Of a stretch of DNA of 64,000 nt, positions 46,649 to 55,499 are shown piece by piece; within the stretch, counting starts at the first letter, position 1, and every line of letters starts with the position of its first letter. The DNA comes from an uncultured Pelagibacteraceae bacterium. Lineage in GTDB: Bacteria; Pseudomonadota; Alphaproteobacteria; Pelagibacterales; Pelagibacteraceae. The stretch is taken from positions 4,781 to 68,780 of the forward strand of contig CACJNI010000006.1 of NCBI GenBank assembly GCA_902594705.1, given 5' to 3'. A model generated the notes under the pieces. That model did not search any database. It saw nothing but the letters and a program-made list of their open reading frames with translations, and was not told the origin of the DNA. The position numbers and the translations under genes were made by a program.

Positions 46649-47935
46649 CTAATTTGAAAAACCATATTTTCGAAGTCTTACATCACCAGTTCTAGCATGA
46701 GCTTCCATACCTTCATATCTAGAAATTCTAGCTGCTGCAGCACCAACTTCTTTGTTAGATTCTTTATTCATCTTTTGGTAAGTGACTGTTTTTATAAATT
46801 TTCCAACGTATAAGCCTCCAGTATATTTTCCTGCACCTTTTGTTGGTAGAATATGATTTGGTCCAGAGCATTTATCTCCATACGCAACTGTTGTTTCCTC
46901 ACCTAAAAATAAAGAACCATAATTTTTAAGATTTTTTAAATACCAGTCTAAGTCTTCAGCTTGAACCTCTAAATGTTCTGGTGCATATTCATCACTCACT
47001 TTCATCATTTCTTCTATGGTATCGCACATAATTACTTCTCCATAATCTCTCCATGCAGCATCAGCATTATCTCTGTTATGTTCAGGTAGTTCTTGAATAA
47101 TTTCTGGAACTCTTTTCATAACATAATCACATAAAGATTTATCAGTAGTGTAAAGCCAAGCTGGAGAGTCAGGACCATGTTCAGCCTGTCCAACTAAATC
47201 ATAAGCGATTATTTCTTTGTCAGCTGTATGATCTGCAATAATGCCTATTTCGGTTGGTCCTGCAAATAAATCAATTCCAACTTTTCCAAATAAAATCCTT
47301 TTAGACTCTGCTACAAATTTATTTCCAGGTCCAACAATCATATCTACTTCTGGATTACCAAAGCAACCATATGCAAGCGCACCAATTGCTCCTATACCGC
47401 CAATGTTCATAATTACATCTGCACCACAAAGGTTAGCTGTATAAATTATAATTGGGTTAGCACCATTTGAATCTTTCGGCGGACTTGTTGCAATTACATT
47501 TTTTACTCCAGCAACTTTTGCAGTTGTCACACTCATTATAGCAGAGGCGATATTGTTATATCTTCCACCGGGCACGTAACACCCAACGGTATTTACAGGT
47601 ATTAATTTTTGCCCTGCTATTAAACCAGGCGATAATTCAACTTCTGAGTCTTTTCCAAGATTTTCTAGTTGATGTTCTGCAAACTTCCTTACTCTTTCAT
47701 GAGAGAACTGAATATCATCTTTAATCTTCTGATCTAAAGTTTTATTTATTTCCTCAATTTTTTCTTTGCTAACAATTATATCACCTTCATAATTATCAAA
47801 TTTTTTTAAAATATCTTTAACACCTTGATCTTTAGTTTTTTCTAAATCTTTTAAAATAGAACTTACCTTAGTTCTTGTTTCATCTTCTCCAGTAAATGCA
47901 GTTTTTTCAGCTTTTTTTATATAAGTAATTGCCAT
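46649..47935 (-). CDS. Histidinol-dehydrogenase-family NAD-dependent 4-electron dehydrogenase (HisD or HpsN-like; substrate unresolved)
   Basis: 428 aa. AGPTEIGIIAD, GQAEHGPDS and APEHLEV blocks of the HisD family. No other his genes nearby; sits downstream of a Pta-like gene. Confidence 0.8.
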   Translation of the reverse strand: MAITYIKKAEKTAFTGEDETRTKVSSILKDLEKTKDQGVKDILKKFDNYEGDIIVSKEKIEEINKTLDQKIKDDIQFSHERVRKFAEHQLENLGKDSEVELSPGLIAGQKLIPVNTVGCYVPGGRYNNIASAIMSVTTAKVAGVKNVIATSPPKDSNGANPIIIYTANLCGADVIMNIGGIGAIGALAYGCFGNPEVDMIVGPGNKFVAESKRILFGKVGIDLFAGPTEIGIIADHTADKEIIAYDLVGQAEHGPDSPAWLYTTDKSLCDYVMKRVPEIIQELPEHNRDNADAAWRDYGEVIMCDTIEEMMKVSDEYAPEHLEVQAEDLDWYLKNLKNYGSLFLGEETTVAYGDKCSGPNHILPTKGAGKYTGGLYVGKFIKTVTYQKMNKESNKEVGAAAARISRYEGMEAHARTGDVRLRKYGFSN

Positions 47936-47994
47936 TATTTTTTCTCTAATTTTACAAATGTTTAAATTATATAAGATGTTTATTCAATAGAAGT

Positions 47995-48906
47995 TTAATC
48001 TAAAGCAACAACGGCTGCAGCTATAGAAGCAAGTCTTGCTGTCGCATCATCTGATCTACTTGTTATAACAACAGGTACTTTACCTCCAACAACTACGCCT
48101 GCTGCACATGCTCCCATAAAATAAATCATCATTTTTACAAGCGCATTTCCAGTTTCGACATTTGGAACTAATAATACATCAGCTTCTCCAGCAACTATAT
48201 TCTCAATTCCCTTAATAGAAGCAGATTTTTTTGAAATACTATTATCAAATGCCAAGGGTCCAAAGATATCAGCATTAAAATTTTCTTTACTTGCCAATTC
48301 AGTTAATTCTTTAGCTTCAACTGAACTCTGTACACTATCAATAACTTCCTCTGTTGCTGAAAGAACAGAAATCTTTGGTCTTGGAATATTAATTCTATGA
48401 CTAAAATCTATAACATTTCTTAAAATATGCATTTTAGTTTTTAGGTTAGGAGAAACATTCAACGCTCCATCGGTTATGATTAATGGTTTATCATCTTTTT
48501 GTAATGTCATATGCCAAATATGACTTAGTCTTGTTTTTCCAATTAATTTATATTCTCTTTTAAGAACTTCTTTCATCAATATATCAGTATGAATATGTCC
48601 TTTTACAATAATTTTTACTTTATCTTCCGATGCAAGTTTTGTTGCAATTCCAGCCGTATTATTTTCAACTGGTTCATTAATTATTTCAAAATTTGATATA
48701 TCAAATTTAAGTTCATCTGCGCATTCTTGTATTTTTTGTTTATCACCTATTAATATTGGGGTGATCAATTTTTCAGAGACAGCATCCATTACCGACATCA
48801 TTGGTAATTTTTTACCCGCATTTACAATGGCTGCTTTTACTCCTCTTTTTTGATGAGCTATATTAAGTAGATTAACAGGGCAAACTGTGGATTTATCAGA
48901 TAACAT
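47995..48906 (-). CDS. Phosphate acetyl/butyryl-transferase (PTA_PTB family, short form)
   Basis: 303 aa with the family pattern (...PILIGD...VKGHIHTD...ITDGALN...GKVPVVITSRSD). Confidence 0.75.
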   Translation of the reverse strand: MLSDKSTVCPVNLLNIAHQKRGVKAAIVNAGKKLPMMSVMDAVSEKLITPILIGDKQKIQECADELKFDISNFEIINEPVENNTAGIATKLASEDKVKIIVKGHIHTDILMKEVLKREYKLIGKTRLSHIWHMTLQKDDKPLIITDGALNVSPNLKTKMHILRNVIDFSHRINIPRPKISVLSATEEVIDSVQSSVEAKELTELASKENFNADIFGPLAFDNSISKKSASIKGIENIVAGEADVLLVPNVETGNALVKMMIYFMGACAAGVVVGGKVPVVITSRSDDATARLASIAAAVVALD

Positions 48907-48990
48907 ATGAGTTTAAATATTTGTTATGGTTCTAAATATCAATATTTTTTATTACGTTCGATATAAAAATAGTTTAAAATTGAATAAACG

Positions 48991-49839
48991 ATGGAGATAG
49001 TTACAAAAATTGCACCTATAGCGTTAGCACTTATAATGTTAGGTCTTGGATTGGGCTTATCAACTAGAGATTTTTTAAGAGTTATAAATAATCCAAAAGA
49101 TTTTACAGTCGGAATAATTTGTCAATTAATCCTTCTCCCAATCGTTGCTTATATTTTACTTTTAATATTAAGATTACCAGTTGAATTAGCTTTAGGATTG
49201 ATGATTATTGCTGCTGCTCCTGGAGGAGTAACATCAAATGTCTTAACAAAATTTGCAAATGGAGATGTTGCATTATCTATTTCGTTAACAGCAATAGGTA
49301 GTTTAATTAGTATTTTTTCTGTTCCATTTATTGTTTTTTCTTCAGCCAAATTATTAGGTGTAATTGATTTATCCTCAGATATTACGATGACTGGTATTGC
49401 TCTTAAAATGGCACTAGTTGTAACTGTGCCAGTAATTCTTGGAATGATAATTAGAAGATTCGCTGAAAACTTTATTTCGTCTAATATTAATATTGTAAAT
49501 AGAATTACAGGTATTTTATTTATTGTTGTATTTGCAGCAATATGGATTGAGGAAAGAGAAAATATAATATCATACTTAGGTCAAGCGGGTTTAGCTGTTT
49601 TAATATTAAACGTTGTCATGATGACTTTGGCATTTTATATTGCAAAAGGTTTTGCAACTGGAATACCACAGAGAAAATGTATTTCTTTAGAATGTGGATT
49701 ACAAAATGGAACTTTAGCTGTATTTGTAGCAACACAAATTTTCAATGATGTCGCTTACATGGTTCCAACAGCTGCTTACGCATTAATAATGTATATAACT
49801 GGATTTATATTTATATATATTCTTAAAAATTCTAATTAA
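48991..49839 (+). CDS. Bile acid:Na+ symporter (BASS/SBF) family transporter
   Basis: 282 aa, ~9-10 TM. IIAAAPGGVTSNVLT and LECGLQNGTLA motifs typical of the family. Confidence 0.8.
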   Translation: MEIVTKIAPIALALIMLGLGLGLSTRDFLRVINNPKDFTVGIICQLILLPIVAYILLLILRLPVELALGLMIIAAAPGGVTSNVLTKFANGDVALSISLTAIGSLISIFSVPFIVFSSAKLLGVIDLSSDITMTGIALKMALVVTVPVILGMIIRRFAENFISSNINIVNRITGILFIVVFAAIWIEERENIISYLGQAGLAVLILNVVMMTLAFYIAKGFATGIPQRKCISLECGLQNGTLAVFVATQIFNDVAYMVPTAAYALIMYITGFIFIYILKNSN

Positions 49840-50794
49840 GATTTATTTGATTGTAGGTTCTTTTTATAAAAACATTTATAGATTTTAAATTTTCATCTTG
49901 GATTATCGACATATCTTTAAAATTTTGTTTGCTGACATCAAAATTTATCAATTTATTTTTGTCTAAAGAAATAAATTTATTTTTAATTAATTTCTTGATT
50001 TTTCTTACAACTGTTGGTCTTGGTATTCCTGTTATTTCAGAAATAGACATTGCATTAATTCCTTTTATTTTTTTATTAATAATTTTATCTCTCCATTTAT
50101 CTAAATAACTATCAACCCCTTTAAGTTGCCTTCCAATTTTTGAATTATTATTCAAAATTATAGTTGCCAAAATAGTAAATATTTCCATATCACCAAAATA
50201 ATTTTTCCACCTTAAGCAGTAAGGAAATAAAAATTTATAAAATTGATACCAGCAAAATGAGAAATTATGTTTTATTAAGTTATTAATTTCATTACTGGAC
50301 ATTTCGTTTTTTATAACTTTTTCTTCTTTTAAAATTTGACTAAAAACAGATAAAAGTACGCATATATTTTTTAATGTATCATTTGGCTGTGTTGAATTGT
50401 AAGCACTTCTATCTATTGTAATCTTCTTGCCTTTTTTTTTAATTATTCCCTTTTTTTCCAGGGATATAACTTTTCTTCTGACACTTTCTTTTGGTATTTT
50501 AAGATCCTTTGATATTCTTATAAGGTTAATTTTCTCAATCTCTAATGCTTTATCCTTATAAAAATCATTGAAAGTAATATTTAAATTATTTCGTCTGTAA
50601 AAATCAAACTGCTTACTAATCAAATAAATTAGAATTGTGTAAGTATCTATATCTTTGAACACTTTATAAGCACCGATTGTCCATTCAGACATAAGTTTTA
50701 AAAAGAAAGGACTTAAAATATCAAAATGATTTTTGAAAATTTTATCGATAAGCTCATCATCTAGTTCGGAATTTACACTTGGTAGCTGCTTCAT
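49832..50794 (-). CDS. Internally duplicated winged-helix (MarR/wHTH-like x2) putative transcriptional regulator, 320 aa
   Basis: Two similar halves, each with a hydrophobic helix block (DIDTYTILIYLI / DMEIFTILATII) followed by a wHTH-like segment (INLIRISKDLKIPKESVRRKVISLEKKGIIKKKGKKITIDRS / INAMSISEITGIPRPTVVRKIKKLIKNKFISLDKNKLINFDVS). Confidence 0.55.
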   Translation of the reverse strand: MKQLPSVNSELDDELIDKIFKNHFDILSPFFLKLMSEWTIGAYKVFKDIDTYTILIYLISKQFDFYRRNNLNITFNDFYKDKALEIEKINLIRISKDLKIPKESVRRKVISLEKKGIIKKKGKKITIDRSAYNSTQPNDTLKNICVLLSVFSQILKEEKVIKNEMSSNEINNLIKHNFSFCWYQFYKFLFPYCLRWKNYFGDMEIFTILATIILNNNSKIGRQLKGVDSYLDKWRDKIINKKIKGINAMSISEITGIPRPTVVRKIKKLIKNKFISLDKNKLINFDVSKQNFKDMSIIQDENLKSINVFIKRTYNQINLN

Positions 50795-50804
50795 AATGTA
50801 TCAA

Positions 50805-50854
50805 AACCCAATTTGAACAATTTTAAAACTTGAGTCAACCCATTTTGAACAGTT
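50805..50854. repeat. Two 18-bp direct repeats (16/18 identical), 32 bp start-to-start, in the regulator's divergent promoter region; candidate operator
   Basis: AACCCAATTTGAACAATT (50805-50822) and AACCCATTTTGAACAGTT (50837-50854). The C-rich core stands out in an AT-rich spacer. Confidence 0.6.
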
Positions 50855-50895
50855 AAATTCTGTAAAATTTTTTTTCTATATGATTTAATAATTCA

Positions 50896-51102
50896 ATGAG
50901 TACTGAAAGCTTAAACAGAACATCTAATATTGAAATACCTGAAAAAAAACAGAGAGTAATTCGAATGTCCCCTCGTAAAGTAAATATAGATGTTCTAAAG
51001 AAACGAGTAATCACTGAAAAGAAAAAAGAGGCACTTCAGTCAAAAATAATAATACTTTCAGTCTGTTTATCTATCGGAATACTAGGTTATTTTGCAGGTT
51101 AA
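50896..51102 (+). CDS. Small Lys-rich protein with a C-terminal TM anchor, 68 aa (hypothetical)
   Basis: Only ORF filling a ~300-bp interval in an otherwise saturated genome. C-terminal helix IIILSVCLSIGILGYFAG. Its stop overlaps the convergent Ldh_2 stop. Confidence 0.4.
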   Translation: MSTESLNRTSNIEIPEKKQRVIRMSPRKVNIDVLKKRVITEKKKEALQSKIIILSVCLSIGILGYFAG

Positions 51103-52103
51103 TTAGCTAAGAGAATATCTAAATCCTTTTTAATATTTTTTGGAATTTTTATAGATTTTTCAGAGTTTGTTTTTGATCTTAAAAACTTTTGCTCGCCAGG
51201 ATAAAAGATTTTTTGTCCTTTTAAATTAGGTATTTTTTTTATTCTTTTAATATTTTTTTTTATTTCTTTTTTATAATCTTTAACAAATAGATTGTCTTTA
51301 AATGCTAAAAATAGGTGACCGATATTTTGCGGCCCAGAGAAATCATCAAATGGGTCTTTTACTTTGCCACCGTGATTACTTCCAACAAATACTCCAGTTA
51401 AAATATCTACCATCCAAGCTAATCCAGATCCTCTAAATCCAGCTATTGGAAGTTGTACCCCAGCTAGAGCTTCTTTTGCATTTGTAGTTGGTTTACCAAA
51501 TTTGTTTAAAGCAACTCCATATGGTATTTTTTTTCCTAACTTTTCTGCAATCCTAATTTTACCTCTATTAATTATAGACATTGATGTATCTAGTATAAAT
51601 GGAACCTTGCTATTAGTTTGAGTTCCAAAACATATTGGATTAGTTCCAAAGACTGATTTTTTTCCACCAAAAGGCGCAATAGCTGGAGGAGCATTTGTAA
51701 ATGCGAATGTTATTAAATTTTTTTTAACCGCTTGCTCAACGTAATACCCTGATAGACCATAATGTCCGCTGTTTTTTACAGCAACTAACCCAATCCCTGT
51801 TTTTTTTGCATTTTGAATAGTTTTTTTAATTGCTTCATCTGCTGCAACAAAACCAATAGAATTATCAGCATCAATTATTGATATAGATTTCGATATATTT
51901 TTTATAGTTATTTTAGGTCTAGGATTAATTACTTTTTTTGAGATTCTTTCACAATACATTTTTAAACGAGACAATCCATGTGAAGGCGCACCCACAAGCT
52001 CTGCATTCATAATTGCATTTGCGCAAACTATAGAGTGTTTTCTACTTAATTTAAAATTAGTAAAAATTTTAATTATTAAATTTTTAAGCTCTTTTTCATT
52101 CAT
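51099..52103 (-). CDS. Ldh_2-family (malate / L-lactate / L-sulfolactate / ureidoglycolate type) NAD(P)H 2-hydroxyacid dehydrogenase
   Basis: GAPSHGLSRL catalytic-His motif, NSGHYG, and FGGKKSVFGTNPI blocks recalled for PF02615 members. 334 aa. Confidence 0.8.
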   Translation of the reverse strand: MNEKELKNLIIKIFTNFKLSRKHSIVCANAIMNAELVGAPSHGLSRLKMYCERISKKVINPRPKITIKNISKSISIIDADNSIGFVAADEAIKKTIQNAKKTGIGLVAVKNSGHYGLSGYYVEQAVKKNLITFAFTNAPPAIAPFGGKKSVFGTNPICFGTQTNSKVPFILDTSMSIINRGKIRIAEKLGKKIPYGVALNKFGKPTTNAKEALAGVQLPIAGFRGSGLAWMVDILTGVFVGSNHGGKVKDPFDDFSGPQNIGHLFLAFKDNLFVKDYKKEIKKNIKRIKKIPNLKGQKIFYPGEQKFLRSKTNSEKSIKIPKNIKKDLDILLAN

Positions 52104-52213
52104 AATTTATGTAAACATAATTGATTTGAAAATTAAACTATAAATTGAATATTTTTTTTATTTATTAAAATTATCTTTAAATTTAAAGTAACAAAAGATT
52201 AACATTAGTCGTT

Positions 52214-52232
52214 TAAATTTATTATCATTAAC
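52214..52232 (+). promoter_or_regulatory. Weak Fur-box-like sequence upstream of the Fe3+/Afu-type SBP gene
   Basis: TAAATTTATTATCATTAAC matches 13/19 positions of GATAATGATAATCATTATC (core ATTATCATTA), ~20 nt upstream of the ATG. A chance match is quite possible in AT-rich DNA. Confidence 0.25.
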
Positions 52233-52253
52233 TAATAAAAAAGTGAGGGATAT

Positions 52254-53291
52254 ATGAAAAATATACTTAAAGTAGCTTCTATGGCTCTAGTTCTTTCATT
52301 AACACTTTTCGGTATCACAAATAAAGCTTCAGCTGCAAAACTAACTTTATATTGCAGTGTTGAAATAGACGTTTGTGAAATGCTTGAACAAGCTTATGAA
52401 AAAGAAACTGGAACAAAAGTTGCTATGACAAGAGCAAGTAGTGGTGAAACTTTTGCAAAAATAAAAGCAGAAGCATCAAATCCAAAAGGAGATGTTTGGT
52501 TTGGTGGAACAGGCGATCCACATTTAACTGCAGCACAAGAAAATTTAACTGAGAAATATAAATCTGTTCATTTTAATGATTTATTACCTGCAGCTCAGAA
52601 CCAAGCAAAAAATGCTGATTTTAAATCAGTAGGAATTTATGTTGGTGCATTAGGTTTTGGATACAACAAAGATCTTTTAGCAAAAAAAGGTCTTCCAGCT
52701 CCAAAATCATGGATGGATTTAACAAAACCAATATATAAAGGCGAAATACAAGTAGCAAATCCAAACTCATCTGGAACCGCTTACACTACCTTAGCCACAA
52801 TTCTTCAAATATTTGGAGAAGATAAAGGTTGGGATTACATGAAAAAACTTCATGCAAACATAAATACATATACTAAATCTGGTTCTGCACCAATTAAGGC
52901 AACTGGTAGAGGTGAAAACTTAATCGGTATTTGTTTCCAACATGATGGTGTTAAACAAACGAAGAAAGGTTTGCCGGTTGTTACCGTCTCTCCTGCTGAA
53001 GGAACTGGTTATGAAGTTGGATCTATGAGTATTATTGCAGGTGCAAGAAATATGAAGGAAGCTAAAAAGTTTTATGACTGGGCTTTAAGTCCCGCTATTC
53101 AAACTATGGTCTTCACTTCAGGAAAATCTTTGCAAGTGCCATCTAATACTAAGGCAAAAGCTGATCCTGATGCTCCAGATTTATCAACAATAAACTTAAT
53201 TGATTATAATTTTAAAGTTTACGGAGATAAAAGTACTAGAGCGAGTTTGTTATCCAAATGGGATAACGATGTTTCTGTAATTCCTAGATAA
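52254..53291 (+). CDS. ABC substrate-binding protein of the Fe3+ / AfuA / PhnS-like class (substrate not assignable)
   Basis: Signal peptide, 345 aa. LTLYCS..., GDVWFGG, NPNSSGTAYT blocks typical of the FbpA/AfuA-like class. SD GAGGGA upstream. Followed by a fused two-domain permease and a PotA/FbpC-type ATPase. Confidence 0.7.
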   Translation: MKNILKVASMALVLSLTLFGITNKASAAKLTLYCSVEIDVCEMLEQAYEKETGTKVAMTRASSGETFAKIKAEASNPKGDVWFGGTGDPHLTAAQENLTEKYKSVHFNDLLPAAQNQAKNADFKSVGIYVGALGFGYNKDLLAKKGLPAPKSWMDLTKPIYKGEIQVANPNSSGTAYTTLATILQIFGEDKGWDYMKKLHANINTYTKSGSAPIKATGRGENLIGICFQHDGVKQTKKGLPVVTVSPAEGTGYEVGSMSIIAGARNMKEAKKFYDWALSPAIQTMVFTSGKSLQVPSNTKAKADPDAPDLSTINLIDYNFKVYGDKSTRASLLSKWDNDVSVIPR

Positions 53292-53300
53292 GGAATTATA

Positions 53301-55499
53301 ATGAGAGGGCTCGTTATCTGTTGGATGCTCATCGGAGTATTGGGTTTCCTAATATTTCCATGGTATGTAACAGGTGACGGGTTTTTCTCAATAAACTGGA
53401 TTTTAGAATATTCTTTAGAAGATTACGGTTCTGTATTACCACAGGTATTTATAAACAAAAAATATTGGCTTCTTCCTTTAATTGTTCCTTTATTTTTTCC
53501 ATTAACAACTTTAAAATTAAATCAGAATAATCCCATTTACTCCAAAATTTTCTTATACTCCGGATTATTTGGTATTTTTTATTTTATTCTTCAAGGGTTT
53601 TCAATTGGCATAAGAGGATGGAACTTTGAAATTTTTCAATCAATTTTTGGTGATGTAGAAAATCAATTTGGAGTAGGGTCTGGTGCAGTTCTTTTATGCT
53701 CTACATTTATTTTTTATATTACACACGGGCTATCCTCACGTGGGTGGTTGAATGGAGATAATTTTATTGTAGGAAGTATAGGAAGCATAATTATTTTAGT
53801 TTCAACTTTCGTTTTTTTTCCTATTTTTAGAATGTTTGCTGTTGCCTTTAAAGGTACAGAAGGTGGATATGAAATTAGTAATTTTTCAACCAAAATATTT
53901 AATAAAGGAATTTGGGGTCTTGATTGTTTGTATAGTGATTATGCATGTGGTGTTTTTTGGAACACTGTTACTATGGGAACACTTACAGCTTTCTCTTCAA
54001 CAATTTTGGGTTTAGGTTTTGCTTTATTAATTGCAAGAACAAGTTTTAAATTTAAAAAAACGATTAGAATTTTATCTGTTTTACCAATCATAACACCTCC
54101 ATTTGTAATCGGTTTAGCAATAATAATATTATTCGGTAGAACGGGAGTTGTAAGTTCTTTTCTTGAATGGGCATTTGAGATTGAGCCCTCGAGATGGATT
54201 TATGGTTTACCAGGAATATGGTTTGCACAAACTCTTGCTTTTACACCTATTGCTTTTTTAGTTTTGATAGGAGTTGTTGAAAGTGTAAGTCCTGCAATGG
54301 AAGAGGCTTCACAAACATTGAGAGCTTCAAAATGGCAAGTTTTTAAAACTGTTACATTACCTTTAATGAGACCTGGAATTGCAAATGCATTTTTGCTTGG
54401 GTTTATTGAAAGCTTAGCTGATTTTGGAAATCCACTTGTACTAGGTGCCGAATATGATGTTTTATCTACAGAAATATTCTTTGCAATTGTAGGTGCACAG
54501 TATGATGAAACTAAAGCTGCAATATTAGCAATGATTTTATTAACCGTTGTTCTGGTAGTATTTTATCTTCAGAATCAATGGTTGGGAAAAAAATCCTATA
54601 TTTCAATTTCTGGGAAAGGTGATAGTGGAGTTCATCCTGAATTACCAAATAATACTAAGTGGATAATTTACTCAACTGTTCTACCTTGGGCACTCCTTAC
54701 ATTTATAATTTATATAATGATTATGTTTGGTGGATTTGTAGAGATGTGGGGTGTCGATCACAGTTTTACGTTAAGACATTATGTTGAAGCATTTAGTGTT
54801 GAATGGGTTAAAGAAAGAGGAATTTTGTGGACTGGTACTGCGTGGAATTCTTTTAACACTACTTTTGCGATAGCATTAATTTCATCATTTCCTACTGCTG
54901 CAATAGGTATTTTAACAGCATATCTTCTTACAAGACACAAGTTTAAAGGAAAAAATGCTTTCGAATTCGGTACAATGTTAAGTTTTGCAATACCTGGAAG
55001 TGTTATTGGTGTGAGTTACGTTTTTGCGTTTAATGTTCCGCCACTTGAACTTACAGGAACAGGAATTATTTTGGTAATCGCTTTTGTATTTAGAAATATG
55101 CCGGTTGGGGTTAGGGCAGGTATAGCTTCAATGAATCAATTAGATCCTCATTTAGATGAAGCATCATCAACATTAAATGCATCTAGTTCTCAAACTTTTA
55201 GGAATGTAATTCTTCCATTGCTTAAACCTGCAATTACTGCTTCTTTAGTTTTTAGTTTTGTTAGAGCAATGACGGCAATTAGTGCTGTTATATTCCTTGT
55301 TAGTGCTAATTATGATTTAGCTGTCTCATATATATTAGGAAGATTAGAAAACAATGATTATGGTTTAGCAATTGTTTACTCATCTGCATTAATTGTTGTT
55401 ATGTTATTTACAATAACATTAATGCAATTAATAATAGGTAAACGAAAATTAGGAAGAAGAGAAGAAACAGCAGGAATATTACAAGGAAATTTTGGATAA
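53301..55499 (+). CDS. Fused two-module ABC permease (FbpB/SfuB/AfuB type) with extra N-terminal TM region, 732 aa
   Basis: Two EAA-type loops (EEASQTLRASKWQVFKTVTLP and DEASSTLNASSSQTFRNVILP), preceded by ~190 aa with several additional hydrophobic helices. Confidence 0.8.
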   Translation: MRGLVICWMLIGVLGFLIFPWYVTGDGFFSINWILEYSLEDYGSVLPQVFINKKYWLLPLIVPLFFPLTTLKLNQNNPIYSKIFLYSGLFGIFYFILQGFSIGIRGWNFEIFQSIFGDVENQFGVGSGAVLLCSTFIFYITHGLSSRGWLNGDNFIVGSIGSIIILVSTFVFFPIFRMFAVAFKGTEGGYEISNFSTKIFNKGIWGLDCLYSDYACGVFWNTVTMGTLTAFSSTILGLGFALLIARTSFKFKKTIRILSVLPIITPPFVIGLAIIILFGRTGVVSSFLEWAFEIEPSRWIYGLPGIWFAQTLAFTPIAFLVLIGVVESVSPAMEEASQTLRASKWQVFKTVTLPLMRPGIANAFLLGFIESLADFGNPLVLGAEYDVLSTEIFFAIVGAQYDETKAAILAMILLTVVLVVFYLQNQWLGKKSYISISGKGDSGVHPELPNNTKWIIYSTVLPWALLTFIIYIMIMFGGFVEMWGVDHSFTLRHYVEAFSVEWVKERGILWTGTAWNSFNTTFAIALISSFPTAAIGILTAYLLTRHKFKGKNAFEFGTMLSFAIPGSVIGVSYVFAFNVPPLELTGTGIILVIAFVFRNMPVGVRAGIASMNQLDPHLDEASSTLNASSSQTFRNVILPLLKPAITASLVFSFVRAMTAISAVIFLVSANYDLAVSYILGRLENNDYGLAIVYSSALIVVMLFTITLMQLIIGKRKLGRREETAGILQGNFG

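Noticed and set aside
46649-47935. Calling this gene the housekeeping histidinol dehydrogenase hisD.
   Set aside because: The family assignment is solid, but no other his genes are adjacent and it follows a Pta-like gene in a sulfonate-type neighbourhood. Without a phylogeny, or knowledge of a second copy, neither hisD nor hpsN can be asserted, so the symbol is left blank.
48907-48990. TTTAAATAT-like repeated words in the Pta-like/BASS divergent spacer, considered as an operator.
   Set aside because: They are short, pure A/T words that recur by chance at this base composition. They have no G/C anchor positions and no similarity to the 18-bp repeats at 50805-50854.
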